A stretch of 64,000 nucleotides of DNA from Narcine bancroftii (taxonomy: Eukaryota), in contig NC_091470.1 in the NCBI RefSeq assembly GCF_036971445.1, positions 189,720,001-189,784,000 of the forward strand, in the 5' to 3' direction. Every line of letters begins with the position of its first letter. Position 1 is the stretch's first letter. Shown here one piece after another: positions 26,081 through 38,884 of the stretch. The position numbers and the translations under genes are program-made. Below the pieces are notes generated by a model. That model was not told where the DNA came from and made no database searches. It was given only the letters and a program-made list of their open reading frames with translations.

Positions 26081-26639
26081 ATCCACTTTACTCTTGAGAA
26101 AGGGTCACAACCCAAAACACTGATTGTCCATTTTGACAATAATGAAATTCTCCAACAAACCATTGTTTGTTCTATAATGTTTGCAGTTTCTGTGTGTGTG
26201 CTTTTTTTAAATCTTCACTTGTTCAGCCTTCCTCTCCCAAGAATGTTCTACAGCTTCTATTTAATATTCTAAATTCTGGCCTCAGGCACACAATGTAATC
26301 ACTCTGGTGTCACAAAAATAACTCCAGGGTTCCATCACTCAAAATTCTCTAGTAACTACTCAAATAAGAATGCCATAACCTCAGAGCCAGTCACTTTTGT
26401 ACCAAAGAAGTTTTTGTTTGAAGTGGTGACTTAAAATGATTGAGGCAAAGAGTATTCTACAGGACAAGACCATTGGTCTCTTGGAATTTCGGTCACGGAA
26501 CACAGAAATAAGCCCACCTCATCCAAGCCAATTAAGTTGCTTCCCAGAGTGAGTACCCCTTGCTTGAATTTGGCCCAGATCTCCCTTAACCCCCACCACC
26601 GAACTATTTTTCAATGCACCAATCTGAACACCCTTAAAA

Positions 26640-27090
26640 ATCCATTTCAAATCCTATGCCCACGTATGTCCATGGTCTTGTGCACTGCCAGATCCAAACC
26701 AACCACAAATTGGAGGAACACCTCATATTCCATATGGGCACCCTCCAACTGGGCAGCATTAGTGCCAACTTCTCCAGTTTTCATTAGCTCCCCCATCTCT
26801 CCCCTTATCCTAGCCCCATTTTTCTTTCACTCTCTATCCCCCTCTATCTCCTTTCCTCCACCTCTGCATTGACAGAGCCACTTCCCTCCCCAGATCTACT
26901 GCTACCTTTCCTGTTCTCTGGCACATGTCGATTTATCACCTTTTGCCTGTGCTCCTGCCCTTTCTTCCCTTCTCCCCAGCCTTTTTACTCAGCCACTATC
27001 TTTTGTTTTTGCTTATACCTTAAAGAAGGACTCAGGACCAAAATGCCTTTACTTCTTACGGATGCTGCGAGACCTGCTGAGTTCCTCCAC
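26640..27090 (+). mobile_element. Penelope-like element 3' remnant
   Basis: Similar to 31330-31850 (TTGGAGGAAC..CCTCATATTC..GGGCACCCTCCAAC) with the GATGCTGCGAGACCTGCTGAGTTCCTCCA end. Confidence 0.6.
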
Positions 27091-27559
27091 CATTGCCAAC
27101 AGAATAGTCTTCCTCAGCCCGTTTTCTTTTGCCACATATCCCGCTAACCATTGATCCAGGCACTTATCCAGTCATCATTAATATGTGGTAATGATATCCA
27201 CCCCTACCACTTCCTCTGGTGGCTTGTTCCACATACCCACCAACCTTTGTATAATAGAAAAACCTTCAAAGACCCTTTAAGTTTTTCCCTTCTGATCTTA
27301 AACCTTGTGATTCGACAAAGTCAAGAGTCAGAAAAGCCAAAATATTCTTGGCAGAGGTAAGCGTTTTGCAATCAGGAAGACTCACTTGCACACAGACTGC
27401 CAGAAGATGCACATTCTGTGCCAGAATAAGCTGACGTGGATCAGAATTATAGCTGATTGTTTATTCTACAAGAAATGAGACTCTGAAAAGTAACTTCAAT
27501 TATATTTTTAAATGCTAAAAATAATTTTAAAATTTTCATACTTCATGGTAACAGGCTCA

Positions 27560-27755
27560 TACAGTCCTCAAGCCGATGCCACCCAAATATCCCAATTAAA
27601 CTCCAATACCCATATATTTAAGGGTGGGAGGAAACCAGAGTGCCCTGAGGAAACCCATTGCAGACACAAGGAGAACATACCAATGCCTTAAAGACAGCAC
27701 TGCATTTGAATCTGGGTCACTGGCACTGTAAAAGCATTGTGCTAAACGTGCCACC
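27560..27755 (-). mobile_element. tRNA-derived V-SINE-like element
   Basis: Reverse strand has a tRNA-like head (GTGGCACGTTTAGCACAATGC, B-box-like GATTCAAAT) and the V-SINE core TGTTCTCCTTGTGTCTGC..GGGTTTCCTC.GGGCACTCTGGTTTCCTCCC. Confidence 0.7.
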
Positions 27756-28259
27756 CAAATCTCTGGATCCTAAGCACCTTTGGGAACCCCAGGAGGGAAG
27801 GTGGCACAGGGAGCCCTGGTTGGTGTAGGCAGTTATGGCATTGTCTTAACAGCAGCAGCAATCGGGACTGATTAATTAAATAAATGTGCCAAAGATTAGT
27901 GCCCAGACATCAGATTCAATGTCAAAAAATCCATTTATTGATAATAAACCACCATAAATAACAAGAAAACATTTAAGCAAAGACCTCTGCTGTGAACACA
28001 TCTGTATGCACAGCCAAAAGAGCCAAAATGAACAATACAATTTATATAAATCAACATATATAAAAATAATCCAATTAAAAAAAAGATGAAGTTCAGATGG
28101 GATTCAGCAAAGTAACAAATTACAAACATTTTGCATTAAAGAAACAAGTACGAGAGTGATCAGGCAAAACTGGTATCGGTGCTACAAGGTTAGGTTCCCT
28201 GTGGGCTCTGTTGCATCTTAGCACAGATGTGTTTGCGAGCTATTTCACTCTGTAGTCTT

Positions 28260-30181
28260 TTAATCCACCTCCTCAATGGTCGGTCCCGAAGATGTCGCAC
28301 TCCCAGCCTGGGCACGACAGGACTCCCCTGGGGCTGCCCCTTGGTACAGTTTGGCAACGATGGGATTACAAACCTTTTCCAGCTGTTTCTGCTGGTGCTC
28401 AAATTCTTCCTTCTCTGCCATCTGATTTCTCTCCAGCCATGATATTGTCTGATTGCACGAGTCAATTACCTTCTTCTTGTCTTCTTCACTGACCTTACTT
28501 GCCAACTTCTCATCCTCCACGGTACTCTTCATGCTGAAGGCGTACGACTCCAGGGAGTTCTTGGCTGCAACTTTCTGCCACTGCATTTCATCCTCATTCT
28601 TGTACTTCTCTGCATCCTGCACCATTCTGTCAATTTCCTCCTTACTCAGCCTGCCCTTGTCATTGCTGATGGTGATCTTGTTTGTTTTCCCAGTGCTCTT
28701 GTCAACAGCAGAAACATTGAGGATGCCATTGGCGTCGATGTCAAAAGTCACCTCGATCTGCGGAACACCACGAGGGGCAGGAGGGATGCCACTCAACTCA
28801 AATTTGCTCAGAAGGTTGTTGTCCTTGGTCATCGTTCTCTCACCCTCATACACCTGAATGAGGACGCCAGGCTGGTTGTCAGAGTATGTGCTGAAGTTCT
28901 GTGTCTGCTTGGTGGGGATGGTGGTGTTCCTCTTGATGAGTGCTGTCAATACACCACCGGCTGTTTCCAGACCCAATGACAGAGCAGCAACATCCAGGAG
29001 AAGCAGATCCTGAATGTTGTCTGATATTTCCCCCGTCAGAAGAGCCGCTTGGACAGCTGCCCCGTAAGCCACTGCCTCGTCGGGGTTGATGCTCTTGTTC
29101 AGCTCCCTGCCGTTGAAGAAATCTTGCAGCAGTTTCTGGATCTTGGGGATTCGGGTGGAACCCCCAACCAGGACAATTTCCTGGATCTGGGATTTGTCCA
29201 ATTTGGCATCTCTTAGGGCTTTCTCCACCGGCTCCAGAGTGCCTCTGAACAGGTCAGAGTTCAGTTCCTCAAAACGAGCCCGGGTGATCGAGGTGTAAAA
29301 GTCAATCCCCTCAAACAGAGAGTCAATCTCAATACTGGCTTGGCTGCTGGAAGACAGGGTTCTCTTTGCCCTCTCACAAGCTGTCCACAGCCTCCTCACT
29401 GCCCGCTTGTTCTGGCTGATGTCCTTCTTGTATTTCCGCTTGAACTCCTCAATGAAGTGATTGACCATGTGGTTGTCAAAGTCCTCTCCTCCCAGGTGGG
29501 TGTCACCTGCCGTGGATTTCACTTCAAAGATCCCATCATCGATGGAGAGAATGGACACATCGAAGGTGCCACCACCCAGGTCAAAGATGAGAACATTGCA
29601 CTCACCCTTGCCCTTCTTGTCCAGCCCGTAGGCAATGGCGGCTGCAGTTGGTTCATTGATGACACGCAGGACATTGAGGCCAGCTATCACACCAGCGACT
29701 TTGGTCGCCTCGCGCTGGGAGTCGTTGAAGTAAGCAGGTACTGTGATAACAGTATTGGTGACACTGGAGCCCAGGTAAGCTTCAGCGATCTCCTTCATCT
29801 TGGTCAGCACCATGGAGGAAATTTCCTCTTGGTAAAAGGTTTTCTTCTCCCCCTTGTATTCCACCCTCACCTTGGGCTTCCCCGAGTCACTCAGCACCTG
29901 GAAGGGCCAGTGCTCATGTCGATCTGGACCATAGGGTCATCGAATCTCCTGCCGATGAGTCTCTTGGCATCAAAGACAGTGTTGGCCGGGTTCATGGCTA
30001 CCTGGTTCTTGGCCGCGTCACCAATGAGCCTCTCGGTGTCGTTGAAGGCCACTTAGCTGGGGGTGGTGCGGTTTCCCTGGTCATTGGCGATGATCTCCAC
30101 CTTGCCATGCTGGAAGATGCCCACACAGGAGTAGGTGGTGCCCAGGTCGATGCCAATGGCCGTTCCCTTGGATGCAGGCAT
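28260..30181 (-). pseudogene. hsp70: Intronless cytosolic, inducible-type HSP70 pseudogene
   Basis: ATG at 30181 gives [20 protein letters not shown]. Codon 43 is TAA (30055-30053) in place of the Tyr of TTPSY. A 1-nt deletion lies near 29914. The remaining 545 aa are open with [21 protein letters not shown] and the terminal [14 protein letters not shown] on the minus strand at 27934-27939. Confidence 0.93.
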
Positions 30182-30284
30182 CTCTGTCCTTTCACCCACA
30201 TCACTGAAGGGGTTTCTTTGTAGTCACAGGCGAGTCTTCGATCTCCACCGCTACTTGTAGCTGGTACCACTGACGGCCTCTGCT

Positions 30285-31120
30285 CCTTTTATGCACAACT
30301 CCTTGGCAAGGGTGGCACTCCAGGCTTGATTGATTACTGCCTCGACCAATAAGAACGTTGTCCGTGACTCACTGTGGAAACTCAGAGAAACTAAGGGGAC
30401 GTGACCAATGACAACTCAGCGGCGGCGGGAGTTCGAGAGCCTTCTGTAAAATACGGTGATCGACAGCGGCAGCAGCCAATGAGCATTCCATAGGCTGCAG
30501 CATGTCGCAGGGAGGTAGGTGAGGACTCGGGGGAGCAGCCAATGGTAGAAAAGCACAGTGCCCCACCGAGGATGATGGACAGCGAGTGGAGCCAATAGGA
30601 GCATGGGTGGGCCAGGCTCCATCGACGGGTTGGACGAAGCTTCTGGAAGTGGCGGCCAGGATGAAGCTAATGGAATGGGTCAGAAAGGTGGGAGGAGGCC
30701 ATGAAGGGTGGCGGCCGGGATCCCGCACACGGGGAAGCAGCTCATGGAGCCGGACGTTGCCCTTATTCTCTCAGTCTTAGAGAAGCCATGGTTTTTAGGG
30801 GCTCCTTTGTGAGGAGTCGTCGTTCGGCTGTGGTCAAGAAGAATTTGTGGGTACATCTGCACTGGACAAGTTGGAGGATATTCCCGGCAGCTCTTTGACC
30901 ATGTTCATTGTGAGGAAGGGTCCTGGACCTTCTAGAACCATCCACAGACTGTCCTGCCCAAGTGAGCTGGGCCAGAAGGGTCATCTCTCCTTTCAAGGTT
31001 TCAACTTCCTTTCATCCTCAGGGAATGATGCAGTAAAATTGGATGGACCGGATAGACCAACTGTTTCCGGCTGTAAAGGCAAACAAAGGCATTGGCCCTG
31101 ACATGGAACATTCCAGAAGG
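30285..31120 (-). promoter_or_regulatory. HSP70 promoter: TATA-like box, multiple CCAAT boxes, heat-shock elements
   Basis: CATAAAAG on the minus strand near 30286-30293. CCAAT at ~30346, 30405, 30476, 30539 and 30592. Perfect three-unit HSEs GAAgcTTCtgGAA (30636-30648) and GAAcaTTCcaGAA (31106-31118), and partial HSEs near 30432 and 30926. Confidence 0.8.
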
Positions 31121-31149
31121 AAGATGCTGCCCTTGGCCCTACGCTCCTC

Positions 31150-31850
31150 CGTCATCACCATTCGGGGCCCCGAACAGTCCTCGCCAGTGAAGCAACGCCT
31201 CCCTTGCGAGTCTGCGCGGCTCATCACAACAGCCAGTGCTCCCCATTATGGTCCCGTCTACGTCGGACAGACTGGGTGCGTGCTGGGAGATGGTTTCGCT
31301 GAGAACCTCGGCTCTGACGCCACAATAGAGTGGATCTCCCAGCGGCCACCCATTTCAATTCCCCGTCCCATTCCCTTATTGATGTGTCTGTACATGGTCA
31401 CAAGCATCGCCAGACTGAGACCACCCTCAAATTGGAGGAACAACACTTCCTCTTCCATCTGGACACCCTCCAACTGGATGAAATTGGAGGAACAACACTT
31501 CCTCTTTCATCTGGGTGTCCTCCAACTGGATGGCATTAACATCGACTTCTCTGGGTTTTAAATCTTCTCCCCACCCCTCTCCCCAGCATTTCTTTCCCCC
31601 ATCAGCTTCCTGCATGCTCTGTCTCTTTCCTTTTCCCTCTGACTCTTTCACACAGACAAAATCAATTCTCACCTCTCCCTTTATCATATCCAATTAACAC
31701 TATTTGTTGGTGTGGACTCTTTCCCTGGCCAGATTTCTGGTTTTTTGATTTTTAATTCCTTGACCAAGTGCTTAGGCCTGAAATGCCAGCAAATATATCT
31801 TCATCTCCTCAGGATGCTACATTAACTGCTGCTCCTCCAGCATTATGGTA
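31150..31850 (+). mobile_element. Penelope-like element fragment (GIY-YIG endonuclease C-terminus)
   Basis: YVGQT..L..FAE and HFNSPSHSL..KLEEQHFLFHL..LQLDGINIDFS, with an internal ~51-bp tandem duplication at 31430-31531. Confidence 0.75.
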
Positions 31851-31909
31851 GAACAGTACAGGGCCTTGATGTTGTGCTGACTTAGATATTCCCACCAAAA
31901 AAAAACTAA

Positions 31910-33640
31910 AAGCTAACCCTGGAAATTATAGGCTGGTGAGCCTGACATTAGTAGTAGGTAAATTATTGGAAGGTGTTCTAAGAGGGTGGATATACAATTA
32001 TTTGGATAGCCAGAAACAGATTATGGGATGTCAAAATGGCTTTGTGCATGGTGGGTCGTGTTTAATCTTTTAGAGTTTTTGAGATTACCAAGAAGGTAGA
32101 TGAAGGAAAGGCTGTGGATATTGTCTACATGGAGTGATAAGGTCCCACATGGGACATTAGTCAGGAAGGTTCAAACGCTAGGTATCCAGGGTGAAGTGAA
32201 CTGGATTCAACAGTGGCTGGATGGGAGAATCAGGGAGTGGTGTTGGAAGATTGCTTCTCAGACTGGAGGTCTGAGTGGTGGGCCTCAGGTGGGACCATTG
32301 TTGTTTGTCATCTATATCAATGATCTGGATAATAAGGTGGTAAATTGGATCAGCATGTTTGCAGATAACGCTAAGATTGGAGGTGTGGACAGCGAAGAGG
32401 TTTTCAATGCTTGCAAAGGAATCTGGACCAGCTGGAATAATAGGCTGAAAAATAGTAGATGGAATTTAATGCAGACAAGTGTGAGATGTTGCATTTTGGA
32501 AGGACAAACCAAGAAAGAATGGACGCGGTTGATTGTAGGGCATTGAGGAATATGGTAGAACAGAAGGATCTGGGAATACAGATCCCTGAAAGTGGTGTCA
32601 CTGGTGGATAGGGTTGTAAAAAGTTTTTGGCATATTGGCCTTCATAAATTAAAGTATTAAATATAAGAGTTGTGTTACAAGATCAAACCAGCAACCACAA
32701 AGAAGGCAGATCACACGGGTAAAGATGAACAATTACTTTATTAACAAAATTTCACCTTCAAACTTTAATTCAAAATCCCCCCCCCCCACCCTTTATAACA
32801 ATGCCCACTGGTTAATATACAAATTTCTATAACAGTGTAAAACTGATAAATTCCCCAGCCTAAATATAACATATATAATCAAAGTCTAAGGTATATTCCC
32901 AACTGTCCCACAGAAAAAAACTTAAGACACAAAATACATAAGGCTCACAAAACTTTCATTGCAATCGAAGTAAAGATCGTAAACAAAATTCAGTTTGTTT
33001 GGTAAATACGCAACAAAGAACTCTGTAACAGTTGGGATGTTATGGTAAAGTTGCATAAGGCATTGGTGAAGCCAAATGTAAAGTATTGTGTGCAGTTCTG
33101 GTTTCCTGACTACAGGAAAGATGTCAATCAAATAGAAAGGTTGCAGAGAAACTTTACTAGAATGTCACCTGGATGTCAGGCAAAGGTTAAACAGGTTAAG
33201 AATTTATTCCCTGGCGTGTAGAAGAATGAGGGAAGATTTGACAGAGGTATTTAAAATAATGAGGGGAATAGATAGAGTAAATGTAGATAGGCTTTTTCCA
33301 CTGAGGGCAGGTGAGATCCAAACCATATAGATAGGCATTTTCCACTGAGGGCAGGTGAGATGACATGGGCTAAGAGTGAAAGGGGAAAAGTTTAAGGGGA
33401 ACATGAGGGGGAACCTTCACACAGAGAGTGGTGGGAGTGTGGAGTGAGCTGCCAGCTGAAATGGCAAATGTGGGCTCAATTTTAATATTGAAGAAGAATT
33501 TTGACAGGTACATGGATGGGAGGGGTATGGAGGGCTATGGACTGGGTACAGGCCAGTGAGACTAAGCAAAAAAAATGGTTTGGTACAGAATAGAAGGGCC
33601 GAAGGAGACTTTTTCCGTGCTGTATGGTTGTTTGGTTCTA
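31910..33640 (+). mobile_element. Degenerate CR1 LINE ORF2/3' end
   Basis: DKVPHG, GPLLFVIYINDLD and MFADN motifs plus a CR1-type 3' region. Interrupted by a solo LTR. Confidence 0.82.
32673..33030. mobile_element. 358-bp solo-LTR-like insertion inside CR1
   Basis: Termini TGTTACA...TGTAACA with a 4-bp TSD GTTG at 32669-32672 and 33031-33034. Confidence 0.78.
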
Positions 33641-33719
33641 AACACTAACTATCTCGTAACACTTATTTTTCTTTCATCTATGTGCTGGTCTCAGAGTCTC
33701 TAAAATGCCCCTCCTGTTG

Positions 33720-33937
33720 TGGGTCCTTGGAATACATTGCCACAGAGGGTAGTGGGGGCGGATTCATTGGATAGATTTAAGAGAGAGTTGGATAAGGCTT
33801 TTGTGGGCAGGGGAGTTAAGGGTTATGGGGATAAGGCTGGGATTGGTTATTGAAAGGGAAAGATCAGCCATGATCCGATAAATGGCGGTGCTGGCTCGAA
33901 GGGCCATTTGGCCTACTCCAGCACCTATTGTCTATTT
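33720..33937 (+). mobile_element. CR1 3' end fragment
   Basis: TGGAATACATTGCCACAGAGGGTAGTG...GATCAGCCATGAT...GGCTCGAAGGGCC...CCTACTCC 3' UTR pattern. Confidence 0.7.
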
Positions 33938-34149
33938 GCCGTGCATGGCCCGGTTGGTGGGTCAGTGATTGAACAGTGGGCTAAATGAAATAAATACTGA
34001 TACATGGACATTATGTAATTTAAGTTTTAATTATGTGAAATTTCAAGGTCGTTCATGTGTGTTTGTGGCAGAGGAATGGTGCCTTTTCTCTCTCCAACCT
34101 TTGCTGCTGCTCTGTCAGTTGTTTTCCCCACTAACTTTGACAAACCCAA

Positions 34150-35000
34150 CTCCATGACTGCCACCATTTTCTGTGATACTTCAAAAATGTCTCTCCTGCA
34201 ATGGTTTCCTTTAAAGGGATTAACTTAACAAATTCCTCAATAATGTCAACACTTGACCTTATTCCTCAAAGACTGCAAGTTGAGCAGTGTCTTTTAAATA
34301 TTTGCTTTCATCAAGCACGATGGAAAATTTGGAAATTTTCATAGTGTCCTTTAAACCACCTCTGACAACTGCTGACATTTCTTTGATTTGCCGTGTGAGT
34401 GTTCTTCGAGAGAGGCTAGCAGGTGAGAATAACAATTCTTTTCAGGACAATGTCCACAACTGCCAACAAGCATTCCTTCACAAAATCGCCATCTCCAGAT
34501 TCTATTTATTGTCATTGTAATGTGATCATCTTCATATTACATGAAATTGCTTTTGTCTGCTGGAAGGCAGACAGATTCACCATCAGCAGAAATTGCCTGA
34601 AGCACTTCTTTCCAATCAGAGGGAAAAGCAAAAGAGTGTCGTCGTCCCCACCCCCCCCACCCCACCCAGAGTCGCTGAGTGTCTGTAGATTTTCCTCCAG
34701 TGTTCCCACAGCCATGTAGGGAAAAGGCTTAATATTTCCTGCTATCAGCTTCAATACTACATGACTTGCATGTGGATTGCTTCTCATTTCCACACACTTC
34801 TGAAAAATGAACGTTGTTTTTCCATGCCTTCTTTCCGTCTACAAACTTCATTTGTCCTAGCTTGTCCACTCAATTCCTTGAATTTTGCATGCTTTGTTTT
34901 ATAGGGACGCTTGATCTCGAACCCCTTGTTCACACCAACACTTTCATTGCAAATGAAGCATACAGATTGTAGCGCGACCGAGGGCACTCAACCACAGAGA
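34150..35000 (-). mobile_element. hAT (Charlie/Buster, GTF2IRD2-like) transposase remnant
   Basis: ORF 34784-34987 has the BED-finger-like CFICNESVGVNK..IKRPYKTKH. ORF 34512-34793 has ASHVV..LIA...KPF. Confidence 0.6.
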
Positions 35001-35235
35001 AAGTACAACATGCTTTTATTCAATAAGAATAGCATACATGGTCTGTGGACTGAACTGGGGTTTTGGCGGGGGTCCAGGGTTTATATCAGGATATGCAGGG
35101 GGAGGAGCCAGGCCTTAGAGCATCGCACCAGTATTGAATTCCCAGTTCACGACATTCACCCCTTCATTTTGAATGAAGCCTGTGAGTGAAGACAGAGAAC
35201 ATCGGATAGTCTAGTCAAAATTTTTTTTAGAATAT

Positions 35236-35628
35236 TTACAAGTTCAGCCTGTCAGGAGGTCTGGAAATTGAGCAGATTTGGTTGGCTGCCCCTGGTCCTG
35301 GGCCTCCTGACCCTCCTGTGGTTCCAGAGTTGGGCCGTGGGTGATCTGGCTCTGGTTGAGGGGTGGCTGGAGCCACTTCTTGCGACAGCTCACCTGCGCT
35401 CCTTGGCGCTTCTCCAGAAACCCTGAGAAGGTCAGAGTCCTGGCCCCTTGGGGTGGTGGTCTCACTTCTGGTGGGTGCCATGTCCATGATCGAGACAGTG
35501 TATTTCCTGCCATCTAGGTTTGCCACGTAGGCGTAAGTGGGGTTGGCATGGAGTAGGTGCACCTTCTCGACCAGGGGGTCGGATTTGCTCCTCCTCACAT
35601 ACTTTCGGAGCAGTTGGGCCACCTCCAA
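35236..35628 (-). mobile_element. Gypsy LTR element fragment of a second family (integrase C-terminal region)
   Basis: LLRKYVRRSKSDPLVEKVHLLHANPTYAYVA..DGR..TVSI.D.AP, ending with RPPDRLNL. LTR-like sequence lies just downstream (~35020-35190). Confidence 0.6.
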
Positions 35629-38074
35629 TGACCTGGCCAGTAGTACATTGTATCGGACTCTGGCTTTACCCTACCCTCAATTTGGTCTATGTGTCGTCTG
35701 AGTCCAGCGTGCTCACTGAATGAAGTGATAGGAGAAGGTATTCGGTTTCACAATCAGTTTATTACATAGCACAAGAATAAAGCTTAACAGAGCTCTGATT
35801 CAGTCGTTAGTTCATAGGTCACCTGCTCGGTGAGCTATTTCCCAAGACTGACCCTTACCGTCCAGTCTCTTCTGTTTATATAGATCAACCTTGTTACACT
35901 GACCACGAGTTGGTTTTCTTTGATAGGCTCCTTGCCTAAGATTTATCTCAAGCAATTTCCTGCTCTGCAATTATCTGTGGTGTAGCCCTCCCAGGCCAGA
36001 ACATTCTGTTGCTTTAATCAACACCTGCCGTGTACCCTTATGACTCCTCATTCCAACACAAGTGGTTTATTTATTTTGTTTTACTCTGACATTCTCAGTC
36101 ATGGTACTCTTATCACTTATCCTTGCAATACACTTATCTTCCTGTCACTGGCCTGGTTCAGAATAAATGACAGTCCTTTTGGTTCCTCCAACCTCATCCT
36201 GTCTAACTTCTCCTATCTGCTATCCTGTTACTCCCATGTGTGCCTTTGATGCTTTCTCTCTGGACTTGTGCTTTACAATTAGCAGTTTAGTGTAACCTTG
36301 GGGATGAAAGTATTTTCTCTCTTTGTATTTGGAGTCAGCAAATTCTACATATACTATAATCAGCCAACTTTTCTACATACTGTGGCTGTTACTTAATTAC
36401 ATTAATATTTCCCCTAAACAGTATAATTGAAGTACATAGTAAATTGTTACATAGCAATGGATTAATGAATACATAATGAATAGTACATAGGCATATTTTC
36501 CATGATTACTTAACGCCTTGGTTCCAACAGTTGTCAGGCAGCTCCGCACTGCCCTTCTCCAGCAACCGCTGCCGAATGTACTTGGACCGCACCCCCAATG
36601 ACCAGAGCATCCCGGATCTGCTCATCCTCCCGTTCCTCGCGAGTGCTTGTAGGAGAGGGCATAGTCCTCAATGGACTCACCAGGCCGCTGCTTCCATTGT
36701 GAGAGTTGATGCCTCAATGGGATGACGTATTGGGGCCTTCAGCATCTTAACAGCCCCGCTGCCTAAGTCATACAGTCTCTGCTAATCGGGAATCCTTGAG
36801 GTCTGATGCGAGAGAGGAGCGCCGACCTCTTTAGCTCATCCATTGAGTATGTAGAAATTGCGTTTTAAAATAACTACACAGAAATCGTTGGAAGACTCAA
36901 CATGAGTTTATTCAAGCAAGAAGCTTCCAGAGAACAGGATACAAGTTGAAGGCTAATTCTCACCTCTCATACTGAGCCAGAGCCATATCCTAATGCCTAC
37001 CTGATCTCTTTAATCCAATAGTGCTAACTGACTCCAACCTGCTGGACATGATCTAAAGGCCGCAATAAGCATCCAGCACCACTCAGTCCCTGAATGCATT
37101 GTTTCTGCTTTAAAGTGTTGGCCACCATTGTCAACAAGAATTTAAGATCAGGATGAAACTAGCCATTCACGTGTGTAAATTGGAAACCAGAAATCAGGCA
37201 GCCAGAGACTCGATACTGATGTGTCCTGTGAGCAACTCTTGCAGACTTCTGTTGATATTTTTGTATACCAGAAACTTGTTCTTAATTATATCTGGTACAT
37301 GAGATTAAATGGCCAACAACAAATCATTTCCCTGTCTTTAGGAAGAGGATATGCAGAATGTAAAAAAAACTGTAAACACCTTCAAAGAAATATAATCCAA
37401 TTTGTATGCAGGAAAATGCCTTAAATGCCTGTGTGTTCTTTGAATGAGGTTCAAACAGTACTAGTGAGGTGACCCTGTCTACCCACCACTGTTACCCTCA
37501 TTCCCGCTGACGTGACTCAATATAGACTCAATGTTTTGGACTTTGTGGTTTGTTCCTGCCCCTTTTTGTATCCTGACAAAAGCGCAACTTTAACAAGTGG
37601 CTGATCCTGCTTGTGGCTGACAGGGACATTGTGCAAACTCTTCTGGGGGCAGAGGGTTGATGAGGAACATCGCGGGCTTCAACAGCGTTCTTTATTGAAT
37701 AAAGTTACCATGCTGGGGTGAAAAAAAATCTCACCAACAATCTAATCATTATCAATTAAATGGCTAAGAAAGAAATAACGTAAAGACAGAGAACCAAATA
37801 AAACGGAAGAAACTTGATTCTGAATAATCTCACATCGTAGTGAAACTTTTCAACATTGAACTGCAACACAAAGACCTCATGACATACAAATAAAATACAT
37901 GAATACAACTTAAACTCACTCTTGTGTTGAGTCGACATCTTCAAAAGGAATATAAGGAATGAAATATTAAATAAATACAAATAGATGATTAACTGAATTT
38001 TAAAAAAAGTATATAAACGGAAGAAACAGAAATAAAGAAACTGAAAACTCACCTTGGTTTGATTTCCCGTAAAT

Positions 38075-38172
38075 GTTGGCGGAGCGCTTCGCGCAAGACT
38101 GTCGCAGCACCCGCGATTGGGACTGGACCTGGATTCGAATCCTGCGCTGTCTGTCAGGAGTTCGTACTTTCT
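38075..38172 (+). mobile_element. tRNA-derived SINE head
   Basis: A-box-like TTGGCGGAGCG and B-box-like GGATTCGAATCC, followed by GCTGTCTGTCAGGAGTT as in the SINE at 27560-27755. Confidence 0.6.
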
Positions 38173-38277
38173 GTGGAGCAGGCCTCATCTCCTCATTAAA
38201 CCCTGAACCACAATACTGTGTACCCTTGGGAGGAGGATTTAAACAGGGCATTGATCACATTGTTTAAATGGGTTTCA

Positions 38278-38280
<3 letters not shown>

Positions 38281-38312
<32 letters not shown>
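38281..38312. repeat. (CT)n microsatellite
   Basis: Perfect CT dinucleotide run. Confidence 0.95.
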
Positions 38313-38317
<5 letters not shown>

Positions 38318-38884
38318 CCTATCTCCATCCTTAATTTTTTTGGTACCTCGGTCCCTCTATCCTCTCTGTATCTCACTTTTTCTCTTATTCTCCTTTCTCC
38401 ATCTCTCTGCTCTGTTCTGACTGTTGCTCTCTGTCTAGGTCCCTCTATCTCTGGTGCTCTCTAACCTCTCACTGTTGCTCTCTCTTTCTCTCTATTGTTC
38501 CTTCTCTTCCCTCTATCATCTCTCTTTATGCTTCTCACACTCCACACCACCCCCCACAATTCTGCACCTCCATTCATTGTCGTGGACTGGATGAACCTCC
38601 TGACTGCTGGGTCTGATCACAGTGATTTCAGATCCTGTCTCATTGGACGATGCCTCTGCCCATCCCTCCCGGGGAAACTCCCTGTGACTGGGCGTGAGGC
38701 TGAGTCATTCCAACGGAAGACCAAGCTTGAAAAGGAACCTGAAACTGATAGTGGTGGATCTGTGTGTGGCTGGTCAGGCAGTGATACTGGGGAGAGGGGC
38801 AGAGACACAGTCAGAGCAGGGCATGCGGCTACAGGGCTGGGAGGCACAGGGGTACAGTGCTGGGTGGTACGGGGTGAACACAGC

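Noticed and set aside
29340-30056. 238-aa ORF antisense to HSP70
   Set aside because: Long antisense ORFs are a known by-product of HSP70 codon bias, and there is no independent support.
28260-30181. HSP70 as a processed retrocopy
   Set aside because: It retains upstream TATA-like, CCAAT and HSE elements, shows no poly(A) tail or TSD, and inducible HSP70 genes are natively intronless.
38075-38172. tRNA gene
   Set aside because: It has A/B-box-like motifs but no cloverleaf and continues into SINE body sequence.
38000-38251. Minus-strand ORF with an AAG|GTGAG donor as the first exon of a gene between HSP70 and class I
   Set aside because: Most of it is an antisense SINE head, and no downstream exons were recognised.
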